This document shows, one piece after another, positions 8,843 through 17,137 of a stretch of 64,000 nt of DNA. The notes under the pieces were generated by a model. That model had not been told where the DNA came from. It searched no databases and worked only from the letters and a program-made list of their open reading frames with translations. Numbering within the stretch: position 1 is the first letter of the stretch; the number at the start of each line of letters is the position of its first letter. This stretch comes from an uncultured Pirellulaceae bacterium. GTDB lineage: Bacteria; Planctomycetota; Planctomycetia; Pirellulales; Pirellulaceae. The position numbers and the translations under genes were made by a program. The DNA is taken from the NCBI GenBank assembly GCA_964409865.1, contig CAYPGE010000004.1:1740-65739 (forward strand), in the 5' to 3' direction.

Positions 8843-10519
8843 ATGAACCGATGGTCGCTCGTTGCTGTCGTCGCGGGGGTGCTATCCCTCGCTTTGGGTC
8901 CGCCCCTCGGCACGGCCGCGGACCAGAACGCCAGCCAGGACTTTGTTCTGACCGGTCCGGTGGTGGTGCCGCTGGAGGAAGTGCCGGCCTTTGGAAAGGA
9001 AGAGGCGGCCGGCCGAGTCCAGTTCCGCACTCCGCGGGGCCAGTCCGCGCAGTGTGTGCCGACGGCCAGTAGCGAGGTGAAGGCCTACCCGGCGCTGAAG
9101 TCCAAGCGTCCGCTGTACGGGTCGGTCAAGTTCGAGGGCGACCCCTCCGACCCCGCAATCGGCACGACCTTTCACTTCGTCTTGGACGAAGCGGGCGAAG
9201 CGGAAAAGAAGCCCGACGCCGGTGGGGGCACCGGCGACGCGAAGCCCCCGGCCGAAACGCCGAAGACGGCTGGCCAGACGCAAACCGGCAAGCCTTCACT
9301 GCTGAAAGAGCTGGCCAAGAACCTTGCAGTCCCGTCTCGCCCGGCGGATCCGTTTGCCCGACCGCCCCTCCAGGTCATCAAGCAGACGTACGACCTGCTG
9401 TACTTTGACCGCAATGGAGATTTGGACCTGACGAACGATGGCGTCGTCCGGCTGACCGACAAACCCGTCTTCGAGGCGATGCCGGCAGGCCAAGTGCGAG
9501 GACTTTCCGGGGAGATCGAGGTGGCTTTTGACTTCGGTCCACCCCTGGGCAAACAGCCTGTCCCCATCGCGGTCACGGTTCTCCCTTATCCGCAGGTCGA
9601 CGGCCGTTTCCTTCTCCAAAACGTAAACGGGATCGGCTTTTCCTCCTATCGTGGCATGGGATATGTGAATTTCACGTCCAAGACCGTACGGCGTGGCGCG
9701 ATCAAGCTCGGCGAGGAACGGTACGTGACGTGGCTAAGCCAGGCGATGATCATCACGGGCCGGTACGACCGGCCCTACACGCGGCTGGAATTGCTGCGTG
9801 TGGATCGTCCCGCGAGCCCGGGGCTCTTGCAGCCAGGCTTTTTGGGCGGGGTCCATTTTGTCGGCCAGCAACTCGCGTCCATCTCCACGACGCCGTTGGG
9901 CGACAAGCTGATCATTGAGCCGTACCGCGGCGATACCGGCTTTCTGGAAATCGGTCCGGGTGGCAGGGCCATCACGGAAATGGGCTTGGCCGGGACACTG
10001 GTTCCCCAGACGGGGACACCGTTGATGGCAGCCCGGCTCAGTTCGTATCCTTTTCCCGCAACTCTGCCCCGCCGCTACACGCTGCCGGTGGGCGACTATA
10101 CCCTGCCGTCGCTGACCGCTCAGTATGGCCGCCTGCGATTCAGCGGCCGCATCCAGGCAGTGCCTGCCGCGGTTTCCGCATCGTCCGCCAAGCAGCCCAC
10201 GTTCCCGGTGCAAATCCGCAAAGACGCTCGGTTTTTGTTGGAATTCACCGGAAAGCCTGAGGTCGTGTTCTCAGCCCCGACCAAGGACAAGTCATTCCGC
10301 CCCGGAGACAAGGTCGCTATCCGGGCGATGTTGACCGAGCCGTGGCAGAATTTCCAGATCACGGGATTGTGGGACCTGACGAAAAAGGAACGGGACGTCA
10401 CGTACCGGAGGGAAGGCGGCGATATCGTCGTGCCTCAGTATGCCCGGCTCGATCCGACCATCGCGATCAAGAACGCCGCTGGAAAAACTGTGGCCGAGGG
10501 CACGATGCCCTTTGGCTGA
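8843..10519 (+). CDS. Secreted hypothetical protein (558 aa as conventionally called; possible UGA recoding extension to 10669)
   Basis: Track ORF 8690..10519 trimmed to ATG 8843, directly preceded by AAGGAGGAGG. Signal peptide MNRWSLVAVVAGVLSLALGPPLGTAADQ. The same frame stays open and coding-like for 49 codons beyond TGA 10517-10519. Confidence 0.8.
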   Translation: MNRWSLVAVVAGVLSLALGPPLGTAADQNASQDFVLTGPVVVPLEEVPAFGKEEAAGRVQFRTPRGQSAQCVPTASSEVKAYPALKSKRPLYGSVKFEGDPSDPAIGTTFHFVLDEAGEAEKKPDAGGGTGDAKPPAETPKTAGQTQTGKPSLLKELAKNLAVPSRPADPFARPPLQVIKQTYDLLYFDRNGDLDLTNDGVVRLTDKPVFEAMPAGQVRGLSGEIEVAFDFGPPLGKQPVPIAVTVLPYPQVDGRFLLQNVNGIGFSSYRGMGYVNFTSKTVRRGAIKLGEERYVTWLSQAMIITGRYDRPYTRLELLRVDRPASPGLLQPGFLGGVHFVGQQLASISTTPLGDKLIIEPYRGDTGFLEIGPGGRAITEMGLAGTLVPQTGTPLMAARLSSYPFPATLPRRYTLPVGDYTLPSLTAQYGRLRFSGRIQAVPAAVSASSAKQPTFPVQIRKDARFLLEFTGKPEVVFSAPTKDKSFRPGDKVAIRAMLTEPWQNFQITGLWDLTKKERDVTYRREGGDIVVPQYARLDPTIAIKNAAGKTVAEGTMPFG

Positions 10520-10838
10520 GGCGGCACCTGCGGGTACTCGTGGCGAGTACCAACGGACCTCGAAGTCTCCGGCCAGCAAGAAACCTTTGTCGCGACGCTC
10601 AGCTACGACACGCTGGAACTCTACGGCAAGATGGAGGCGACGCTGCCGATCGTCATCCAGGGGAAATGACATCACGAACGAATCGCCGACGGCCGAGGAG
10701 GCACACCGGATCTCCGCCGAACTGGACGCACCTTCGCTCCAGGCCGAGTCCCCGCCGGCGCTGCTCCTCCTGCCCAAGCTAAAGACCGCCGAGCAGGCCG
10801 CCCAGGTGCAGAAGGGCGACTGGGACGTGATGCGGTTC

Positions 10839-11144
10839 CTACGCGGCTTTCGTGTCCCGCGGCTTTGCTCGGAACTGAATCTCGACGCCTAATTCGCGAA
10901 GGACGGACATGAGACTAGAAAGTCGAGGGTTGCCGCGTTCGGAGAGCATGCTGTACAGGTTTTCGCGATTGAGCAAGGTACCCTCTGCAAGCCGTCCTAT
11001 ACCGCCGTGAGCCTCGGCGACATCGCGGATGGCCAAGAGAAAGACGTCTTCCCCTTCCTCCAAGGCGGCCGTCAAGTACCCGGCGGCATAATCAGGATCA
11101 GTTAGGTCCTCCAACAAGTGTTCTCTGTAATCAAGCGTCGGCAT
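10839..11144 (-). CDS. Addiction-module antidote protein, HigA-type HTH antitoxin
   Basis: Track ORF 10839..11177 trimmed to MPTLDYREHLLEDL. The sequence ...AAGYLTAALEEGEDVFLLAIRDVAEAHGGIGRLAEGTLLNRENLYSMLSERGNPRLSSLMSVLRELGVEI matches the 'probable addiction module antidote protein' family layout (from memory). Confidence 0.85.
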   Translation of the reverse strand: MPTLDYREHLLEDLTDPDYAAGYLTAALEEGEDVFLLAIRDVAEAHGGIGRLAEGTLLNRENLYSMLSERGNPRLSSLMSVLRELGVEIQFRAKPRDTKAA

Positions 11145-11271
11145 GATCCCCTTCCTCACGATAATTCTGCTTCGCACGATTGTCCCGCAACGACGAAAAC
11201 CATTCGAGGTATGGACAGCGACCTCGCCGGTCGCGATAGATCCTGATTGTTTTCTCCCGGACTTCTGCCAT
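11131..11271 (-). pseudogene. Truncated HigB/RelE-like 'addiction module killer' remnant (46 codons)
   Basis: Translation MAEVREKTIRIYRDRRGRCPYLEWFSSLRDNRAKQNYREEGDHADA*. The IYRDRRGRCPYLEWFSSLRDNRAK segment matches the N-terminal third of this toxin family. The roughly 60 C-terminal residues are missing, and the ORF overlaps the antitoxin ATG by 14 nt. Confidence 0.5.
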
Positions 11272-11463
11272 CTCCACAGTGTAGGCTATAACCCACACGG
11301 TGGTCAAGAGCCGAGACGTGGCGACGTGGCGTGCGGTTTTCGACCGCGCTCGGCGTTACGCCCGGGCGATCGTGTTCGCAGACGAGATCGAAGCCATCGG
11401 CCCGGCCTGTAGAAGCGGGGCCGGGGTGGGGCTGACTCCTGTCTTCGTAGGGCGCCCGATTTT

Positions 11464-12315
11464 TCATTCTTGCCCTGCGGACCGCAGGGTGAACACGGTG
11501 ATTTCCGGCCGGACGTTGAAGCGGACTTGGAGTAAGTGTCCGAGTCCGCGGTTGATGTACAGGCGTCGGCCGTCGGCCAGCGGAATCTCGCCTGCGACGT
11601 AACGCCGATTCCGCACCGGCAGGATCGGGGGTGGCAGGAAGGGCGGTTTGCACTGGCCGCCGTGCGTGTGCCCAGCGAGAATCCAGCCGCGGAATGGGCC
11701 CCACCCCGGCTTGTCGGCTCCATCTGGATTGTGGCAGAGTGCAATGGCGGCCTGCGTGGGGCTGATCCCACTCAGTGCCCGCTCCGGCGCGAAAGCCCCG
11801 CTCCACAGGTCGTCGACTCCTGCAAAGGTCAATCCGTCCACCGCGGCGGACTCATTTCGTAGCACCTGCACTCCGACTCGTGTGAGTTCTCCAGCTACGT
11901 CATCCGCCACATCGGGCATGGACCAGCGGAATCCGTAGTCGTGGTTGCCGAGTACTGCCAAAGATGCCAGACGCGGTTTGGGAAGGTGAGTCAGGATCTC
12001 GCGAAGTTGCCGCAACTGCTTCGGCTCGTGATACGTGATCAAGTCGCCGGTGATCAGCAGAATGTCCGGCTTCAATTCGGCGACCGTCTGCAGACAGTGG
12101 ACGATGTACGCATCGTCGACGCGCGGCCCCACGTGCAAATCGCTGATCTGAATCAGACGCCTACCGACCAGGGACGCCGGCAACGCCACCACCGGCAACG
12201 GGCGCTGCACCACTTCGACCCAATGCGGCTCGATGCCGAACGTGTAGCCCAGCACGCCAGCCGCCCCTGCGGCGGCGATGCCTCGAGTGTAACGCAAGAA
12301 TCGGCGGCGATTCAT
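11464..12315 (-). CDS. Metallophosphoesterase (calcineurin-like) with Tat-type signal
   Basis: Trimmed to MNRRRFLRYTRGIAAAGAAG. Phosphoesterase motifs are present: ISDLHVG, ITGDL, VLGNHDY and GHTHGG. Confidence 0.9.
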   Translation of the reverse strand: MNRRRFLRYTRGIAAAGAAGVLGYTFGIEPHWVEVVQRPLPVVALPASLVGRRLIQISDLHVGPRVDDAYIVHCLQTVAELKPDILLITGDLITYHEPKQLRQLREILTHLPKPRLASLAVLGNHDYGFRWSMPDVADDVAGELTRVGVQVLRNESAAVDGLTFAGVDDLWSGAFAPERALSGISPTQAAIALCHNPDGADKPGWGPFRGWILAGHTHGGQCKPPFLPPPILPVRNRRYVAGEIPLADGRRLYINRGLGHLLQVRFNVRPEITVFTLRSAGQE

Positions 12316-12562
12316 AGAACGAAGTGTGAGAAAGGGCGGAACTCTCCCCAGGGCAAACAAGCCAGGTCACCTGATTAGCATACGGCCGGACTCCGGCGGC
12401 GACCAGCCCTCGAGGCTTTCCACCTGGAACTTGAGCAGCATCTTGAACGTGAACGTGGCCTGTGTTGCAGGGACATTGAATTCCGGTTATCGTGTTGATA
12501 TTGTATCAGCAGTTGAAAATCGTCCTTGCTTAAGCGGCCAAGTCCGCGGGAGGAGTGACATC

Positions 12563-13498
12563 ATGTGCGATCGTTCCCGACGAGAGTTCCTGATTGGTTC
12601 GGCCGCCGCCGGGTTGTTGGCGGCTCGGCCTGATTTGCTGTTGGGGCAAACGTCTGCCAAGTCGGCCGACATGGCCGTTACGCGGTGGAGCGGGACCAAG
12701 CCGGCAGCGGATGCGGCCATGAAGGACGTCGCCGTCAAGCTTACCGAACAAGCGATCAACGCCCTGGGCGGGATGAAGCGATTTGTGAGCCGGGGCGACG
12801 TGGTTTGGGTCAAGCCCAATATCGGCTGGGATCGTACTCCCGAAACCGCGGCGAACACGAACCCCGACGTGGTGGCCACCATTATCCGTCTGTGCTTCGA
12901 TGCCGGCGCCAAGACCGTCAAGGTGGGCGACCACCCGTGCGACGTGGCCGAGAAGACATACGTGGCCAGCGGCATTGCTAACGCAGCCCGCGAAGCAGGA
13001 GCCAAGGTCGTGTTCCTGGACAAGACGCGATTCAAAGAAGCCAAGATTGGCGGCGAACTGGTGAAGACCATTCCCGTCTACCCGGAGATCATCGAGTCGG
13101 ACTTGGTGATCAACGTCCCGATCGTCAAGCATCATCGCTTGGCCGGCCTGACGATGTGCATGAAGAACTACATGGGCGTGATCGACAAGCGGAACACATT
13201 CCATCAGGCGATCGCCCCCAGTCTCGCAGACTTGACACGCTTCATGAAGCCGCGTTTGTGTATCCTGGACGCGACTCGCATGCTCAAGGCGAACGGACCT
13301 AAAGGTGGCAAACTGGAAGACGTCGAGACGAAATGGATGCTGGCCGCCGGCGTGGACATCGTGGCCTTGGACGCGTGGGGCGCGGAAGCCATCGGGCGGA
13401 AGCCGACGGACATCGAATCGATTGTCAAAGGCCAGGAGTACGGCCTCGGCAAGATCGACTACCGGTCGCTCGCGTTGCGCGAGTTGGCCGTGTCGTGA
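12563..13498 (+). CDS. DUF362-domain protein with twin-arginine signal
   Basis: Track ORF 12326..13498 trimmed to ATG 12563 (GGGAGGAG upstream). MCDRSRREFLIGSAAAG is a Tat signal. VWVKPNIGWDR...VINVPIVKHHRLAGLTMCMKNYMGVI is typical of DUF362 (from memory). Confidence 0.85.
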   Translation: MCDRSRREFLIGSAAAGLLAARPDLLLGQTSAKSADMAVTRWSGTKPAADAAMKDVAVKLTEQAINALGGMKRFVSRGDVVWVKPNIGWDRTPETAANTNPDVVATIIRLCFDAGAKTVKVGDHPCDVAEKTYVASGIANAAREAGAKVVFLDKTRFKEAKIGGELVKTIPVYPEIIESDLVINVPIVKHHRLAGLTMCMKNYMGVIDKRNTFHQAIAPSLADLTRFMKPRLCILDATRMLKANGPKGGKLEDVETKWMLAAGVDIVALDAWGAEAIGRKPTDIESIVKGQEYGLGKIDYRSLALRELAVS

Positions 13499-13520
13499 TT
13501 CCCCTTTACTTGGGACAGAG

Positions 13521-15236
13521 ATGCTGAAGTTCCGATCCCTGTGGCGCTGGGTCACGTTGCGGCGACTGGTCCAGGTCGCGATGCTGCTGGTGTTTCTCGG
13601 CCTGGTCGTGGCGGCGCAGGCGAGGGGCGGCGAACGGATGCCGAGCGCGTGGCTGAAGGCGTTTTTCGCGATCGACCCGCTGCTGTTGATCGCTACGGCG
13701 CTGTCCGCGCATGCGGTGCCGGCGCTGCTGCTCGCGTCGTTGGGACTGGTTGCCGTCACGCTGGTCCTGGGGCGCGTCTTCTGCGGCTGGGTATGCCCGC
13801 TGGGCACGCTCCACGACATCGCGAGCCGCGTGCTGTTCTGGATCTGGCCAGACCGGCGGCGGCGCGACCACTGGTCGCCGTGGCAGAGGACGAAGTACTT
13901 GCTGCTGGTCGGCCTGCTGGTCATGGCGCTGTTCGGCAGCCATTGGGGCACGATTTTCGATCCGTTGGTGCTTCTGTACCGAACGACGACTACGGCTTTG
14001 CTGCCGGCGCTTCAGTGGGGCGTGCAGGCGCCGTCGACGGCGATCTACCACTACGATCCCGAAACCGCACCCGCGCCGGTGCGGCCGGTGGCCGAACGGG
14101 TCCATCCCTTCGTACGGGACTACGCGAGCGAGCCGGCGTACGAATTCCTGCGCGATCACGTCTTCGGCCTGCGGACGCATACGTTTCTGGGCGGCGGCCT
14201 GATTCTGGGATTCTTCCTTCTCACATTGGCGTTGAACCGCTACCGGCCGCGGTTCTGGTGCCGGTATCTGTGTCCGCTGGGAGCGTTGCTGGGCATCTTC
14301 TCCCTGCGGCCACTGGTGCGCCGCGCGGTGCAAACCGGTAACTGCAACCAGTGCGATCTGTGCGCCACGTCGTGTCACGGAGCGGCCTCGGGCGCGCCGG
14401 GCGAGCAGTGGAAGGCGGCGGAGTGCCTGGGCTGTCTGAATTGTACGGATTCGTGCCGCCGGGACGGGTTGCGGTTCACACTCACGCTTCCGTGGCGCAA
14501 GGAACCGCCCGTCGAGGGCCTGGATCTGTCACGGCGATCGGTGTTTGGCGCTGCCCTGGGCGGCGTCGCCGGATTGTGCTTGTTGCGAATCACACCGCAG
14601 GCCCGCGGTTCGCTGCCGCAGGAGCACCTGATTCGTCCGCCCGGCTCGCTTCCCGAACGCGAGTTTCTCGAACGTTGCACGTCGTGCGGCATGTGCATCA
14701 AAATCTGCCCGACGCACGGCTTGCAACCGGCGTTGTGGGAAGCCGGGCTGGAGGGGCTGTGGACGCCCCGGTTGGTTCCCCGCTTGGGGTGGTGCGAATC
14801 CGAGTGCACGGCCTGCACGCACGTCTGTCCGACCCAGGCCATTCGGCCGCTGACGGTCGAGCAGAAGAAGCAAGTGCGGATCGGGCTGGCGTCGTTCGAC
14901 GTGACCCGCTGTATTCCCTACGCCTACGGCCGGGAGTGCATTGTTTGCGAGGAACACTGCCCGGTCCCCGACAAAGCGATCTACGTGGTCGAGACGGAGG
15001 TGATTGCCCGCAATGGCCAGAAGATCGTCATCAAGCAGCCGCGCGTCGATCCCAGCCGCTGTATCGGCTGCGGCATCTGCGAGAACAAGTGTCCTCTGAC
15101 CGACCACCCCGGCGTGCGCGTGCTGAGCACGAACGAAAGCCGCAGCGACTACCAAGCCATCCCCGTCACACCGGACGAAGTCCCCTTGGGCGAGCCGGCG
15201 GACGACGATGACGATCCGTACGCCGCGGACCGCTAA
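13521..15236 (+). CDS. Integral-membrane polyferredoxin (NapH/MauN-like N-terminus plus several 4Fe-4S ferredoxin motifs)
   Basis: Trimmed to MLKFRSLWRWVTLRRLVQVAMLLVFLGL. It has two CxxxCP membrane motifs (CGWVCPLG, CRYLCPLG) and the Cys clusters CNQCDLCATSC, CLGCLNCTDSC, CTSCGMCIKICP, CTACTHVCP, CIVCEEHCP and CIGCGICENKCP. It starts 22 nt after the DUF362 gene. Confidence 0.9.
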   Translation: MLKFRSLWRWVTLRRLVQVAMLLVFLGLVVAAQARGGERMPSAWLKAFFAIDPLLLIATALSAHAVPALLLASLGLVAVTLVLGRVFCGWVCPLGTLHDIASRVLFWIWPDRRRRDHWSPWQRTKYLLLVGLLVMALFGSHWGTIFDPLVLLYRTTTTALLPALQWGVQAPSTAIYHYDPETAPAPVRPVAERVHPFVRDYASEPAYEFLRDHVFGLRTHTFLGGGLILGFFLLTLALNRYRPRFWCRYLCPLGALLGIFSLRPLVRRAVQTGNCNQCDLCATSCHGAASGAPGEQWKAAECLGCLNCTDSCRRDGLRFTLTLPWRKEPPVEGLDLSRRSVFGAALGGVAGLCLLRITPQARGSLPQEHLIRPPGSLPEREFLERCTSCGMCIKICPTHGLQPALWEAGLEGLWTPRLVPRLGWCESECTACTHVCPTQAIRPLTVEQKKQVRIGLASFDVTRCIPYAYGRECIVCEEHCPVPDKAIYVVETEVIARNGQKIVIKQPRVDPSRCIGCGICENKCPLTDHPGVRVLSTNESRSDYQAIPVTPDEVPLGEPADDDDDPYAADR

Positions 15237-15275
15237 TCGCGAGTCATGTTCCGGCTTCAAGTCGAACCATGTCGG

Positions 15276-15623
15276 TCAGATCGCGCCGGGGCCGCGTTCC
15301 AGCCCGCCGATTTGCAGCGCCTGCTCCATGGGCAGCACAAAGATCTTGCCGTCGCCGATGTTGCCTTCCGGTCCCGTGCGGGCCACGTTCATGATCGTGT
15401 CCAAGGTGCGCTGGAGGAAATCGTCGTTGACGGCGATCTCCAGGGCGATCTTGCGCAACAAGTGCGTCTTGTACTCGACCCCGCGATACGTCTCGGACCT
15501 GCCTTTTTGCCGCCCGAAGCCTTGCGCGTCGCAGACGGTCATCCGTTCGACGCCAACCTTGGCCAACGCCTCTTGCACGGCCTGCAGCTTGGTGGGTTGG
15601 ATAATGGCCACGACCAGTTTCAC
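15276..15623 (-). CDS. glnB: Nitrogen regulatory protein P-II
   Basis: The sequence (V/M)KLVVAIIQPTKLQAVQEALAKVGVERMTVCDAQGFGRQKGRSETYRGVEYK... carries the canonical T-loop Tyr. I chose GTG 15623 (GGAGAG upstream, giving 115 aa). The track ATG at 15677 would add an atypical 18-aa extension. Confidence 0.9.
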   Translation of the reverse strand: MKLVVAIIQPTKLQAVQEALAKVGVERMTVCDAQGFGRQKGRSETYRGVEYKTHLLRKIALEIAVNDDFLQRTLDTIMNVARTGPEGNIGDGKIFVLPMEQALQIGGLERGPGAI

Positions 15624-15702
15624 GGCAGTCTCTCCACAGTTAGGCTCGTGAAAAAAGGGGACGGCGGTCTTTTTCAAGACAAGCCCCCTGTCCCTTTTCC
15701 GG

Positions 15703-17031
15703 TTAGATCTGCTCCGGCAGTTGGTAGGGCGCCCGCATGGGGCGCGACAAATAAGCGTTCGCTTCGTCGTCGCCTGGGAAGATCTCCCGCTGCGGGTCCC
15801 AGGTCAACTTGCGGCCTACCCAGCGCACGATGTTGCCCAGATGGCACACGATGGCGGAGCGATGGCCGATCTCGACATCGGCGATGGGCCGCTGGCGCGA
15901 TTGGATGCAAGTGATCCAGTTCGCCAGATGATCGTCGCTAACCGGCAGGCGGACCTTCCATTCGTCTTGCGGCACCTGGGCCAGTTCCGCAGGGTTGGTG
16001 GTCACCTCATTGTTGCCGATGCGGATCTTCCCGTTATCGCCGATGAATGCCGCCCCCGCCGCCGACTCGCCGGGCTCCAGTCGCACCTCGATCCCGTTGG
16101 CATATCGCATTCGCACGCGGAAGCCCTCGCTGCACAGGCGATCGCCGCGGCCGAGTGATTCGGGGGCTTCGTAGACGACGTTGGGCAGCTTGCCGCCTTC
16201 GGCCCAGATCTCGACCGGTCCCGTGTGGTCCATATCCAGGGCCCATTGGATCTGGTCAAATCCATGAGCCCCCGTGCCCGTCATTTCGCCGCCGGAGTAA
16301 GGGCGTAGCGAGATCCATCCGGGCTTGGAACGCTGAACGAAGATGTCGGTGTGGAACGGCACGGGCGCGGTCTGCCCGCACCAGGCGTCCCAATCAAGCC
16401 CCGCCGGCACGTCTTGGCCGGGAAAGCGCGCTTCCCAGGGGCTGGGGTAGTTCATGATCAGCACGGTGTGGATCTTGCCGGCGACGCCGTTGCGCACCAG
16501 TTCGCATCCCAGGCGGTGGTAGCGCATCGACCGCCGTTGCGATCCGGTTTGGAAAACGCGCTGGTACTTGCGCGCGGCCTGGACCATCAGGCGGCCTTCC
16601 TGAATGGTCAGACCGAGCGGCTTTTCGCAGTAGACATCCTTTCCTGCCTGGCAGGCCCGGATGCTGGGCAAGGCGTGCCAGTGATCGGGCGTCGCGACGA
16701 TTACGGCATCGACGTCTTTGGCGTCCAGCAGTTCCCGGTAGTCGGTGTGGGCGCGGCATTTCCGTGCCGCCGCCGTGGTTTCGGCTCGCGTCCGGTCGAA
16801 ATCGGCCACGGCGACGATCCGGCCGGCGGGAGGCAGACGCATCAACTGGTTGCCACGCCGGCCGACACCGATGTAGCCAATCCCGACGCGGTCGCTTGGA
16901 GCTGGACTTCCCGACGCGGCCAGTACGCGGGCGGGAACAAAGTTGGGGGCCAGACCTGCGGCCGCGGCTCCGGTCAGCGAGCGTTGCAGGAACGATCGGC
17001 GTGAACAATTCGTGGATTGAAATCCGTTCAT
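15703..17031 (-). CDS. Gfo/Idh/MocA-family oxidoreductase with twin-arginine signal
   Basis: Track ORF 15703..17520 trimmed to MNGFQSTNCSRRSFLQRSLTGAAAAG (Tat). It has the IGYIGVGRRG Rossmann motif and EKP (YCEKPL), the family signature. Confidence 0.9.
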   Translation of the reverse strand: MNGFQSTNCSRRSFLQRSLTGAAAAGLAPNFVPARVLAASGSPAPSDRVGIGYIGVGRRGNQLMRLPPAGRIVAVADFDRTRAETTAAARKCRAHTDYRELLDAKDVDAVIVATPDHWHALPSIRACQAGKDVYCEKPLGLTIQEGRLMVQAARKYQRVFQTGSQRRSMRYHRLGCELVRNGVAGKIHTVLIMNYPSPWEARFPGQDVPAGLDWDAWCGQTAPVPFHTDIFVQRSKPGWISLRPYSGGEMTGTGAHGFDQIQWALDMDHTGPVEIWAEGGKLPNVVYEAPESLGRGDRLCSEGFRVRMRYANGIEVRLEPGESAAGAAFIGDNGKIRIGNNEVTTNPAELAQVPQDEWKVRLPVSDDHLANWITCIQSRQRPIADVEIGHRSAIVCHLGNIVRWVGRKLTWDPQREIFPGDDEANAYLSRPMRAPYQLPEQI

Positions 17032-17100
17032 TTGTGTCGTCGCTCGGCGACCTTCCCTGTGGCTGTCGTGGTGCGCGGAAAGAACAACTTGTCCCGGTGA

Positions 17101-17137
17101 GTGAAGAAGCCCGGGTTTTTCGGAAAAGCCGGGCTGC
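17101..17137. repeat. Short hairpin repeat, family B
   Basis: gtgaagaagcccgggtttttcggaaaagccgggctgc: agcccgg pairs with ccgggct and tttt with aaaa. It is near-identical to the reverse complement of 28921-28960. Confidence 0.6.

Noticed and set aside
10533-10551. The hairpin after TGA 10517 as a simple intrinsic terminator of the secreted-protein gene
   Set aside because: No U-tract follows it, and it sits inside 147 nt that keep the upstream frame open with coding-like third-position bias. I cannot exclude a non-canonical terminator or REP role, which is why the Sec idea is flagged as a candidate only.
10670-10838. Additional coding sequence between the secreted-protein gene and the antitoxin gene (track ORFs 10440..10892+ and 10342..10782+)
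   Set aside because: One frame (...DITNESPTAEEAHRISAELDAPSLQAESPP...) has G/C-rich third positions, but it has no plausible start or RBS. It is out of frame with the upstream gene and runs into the antitoxin gene on the other strand. The other frame is an Arg-rich string. I left it uncalled.
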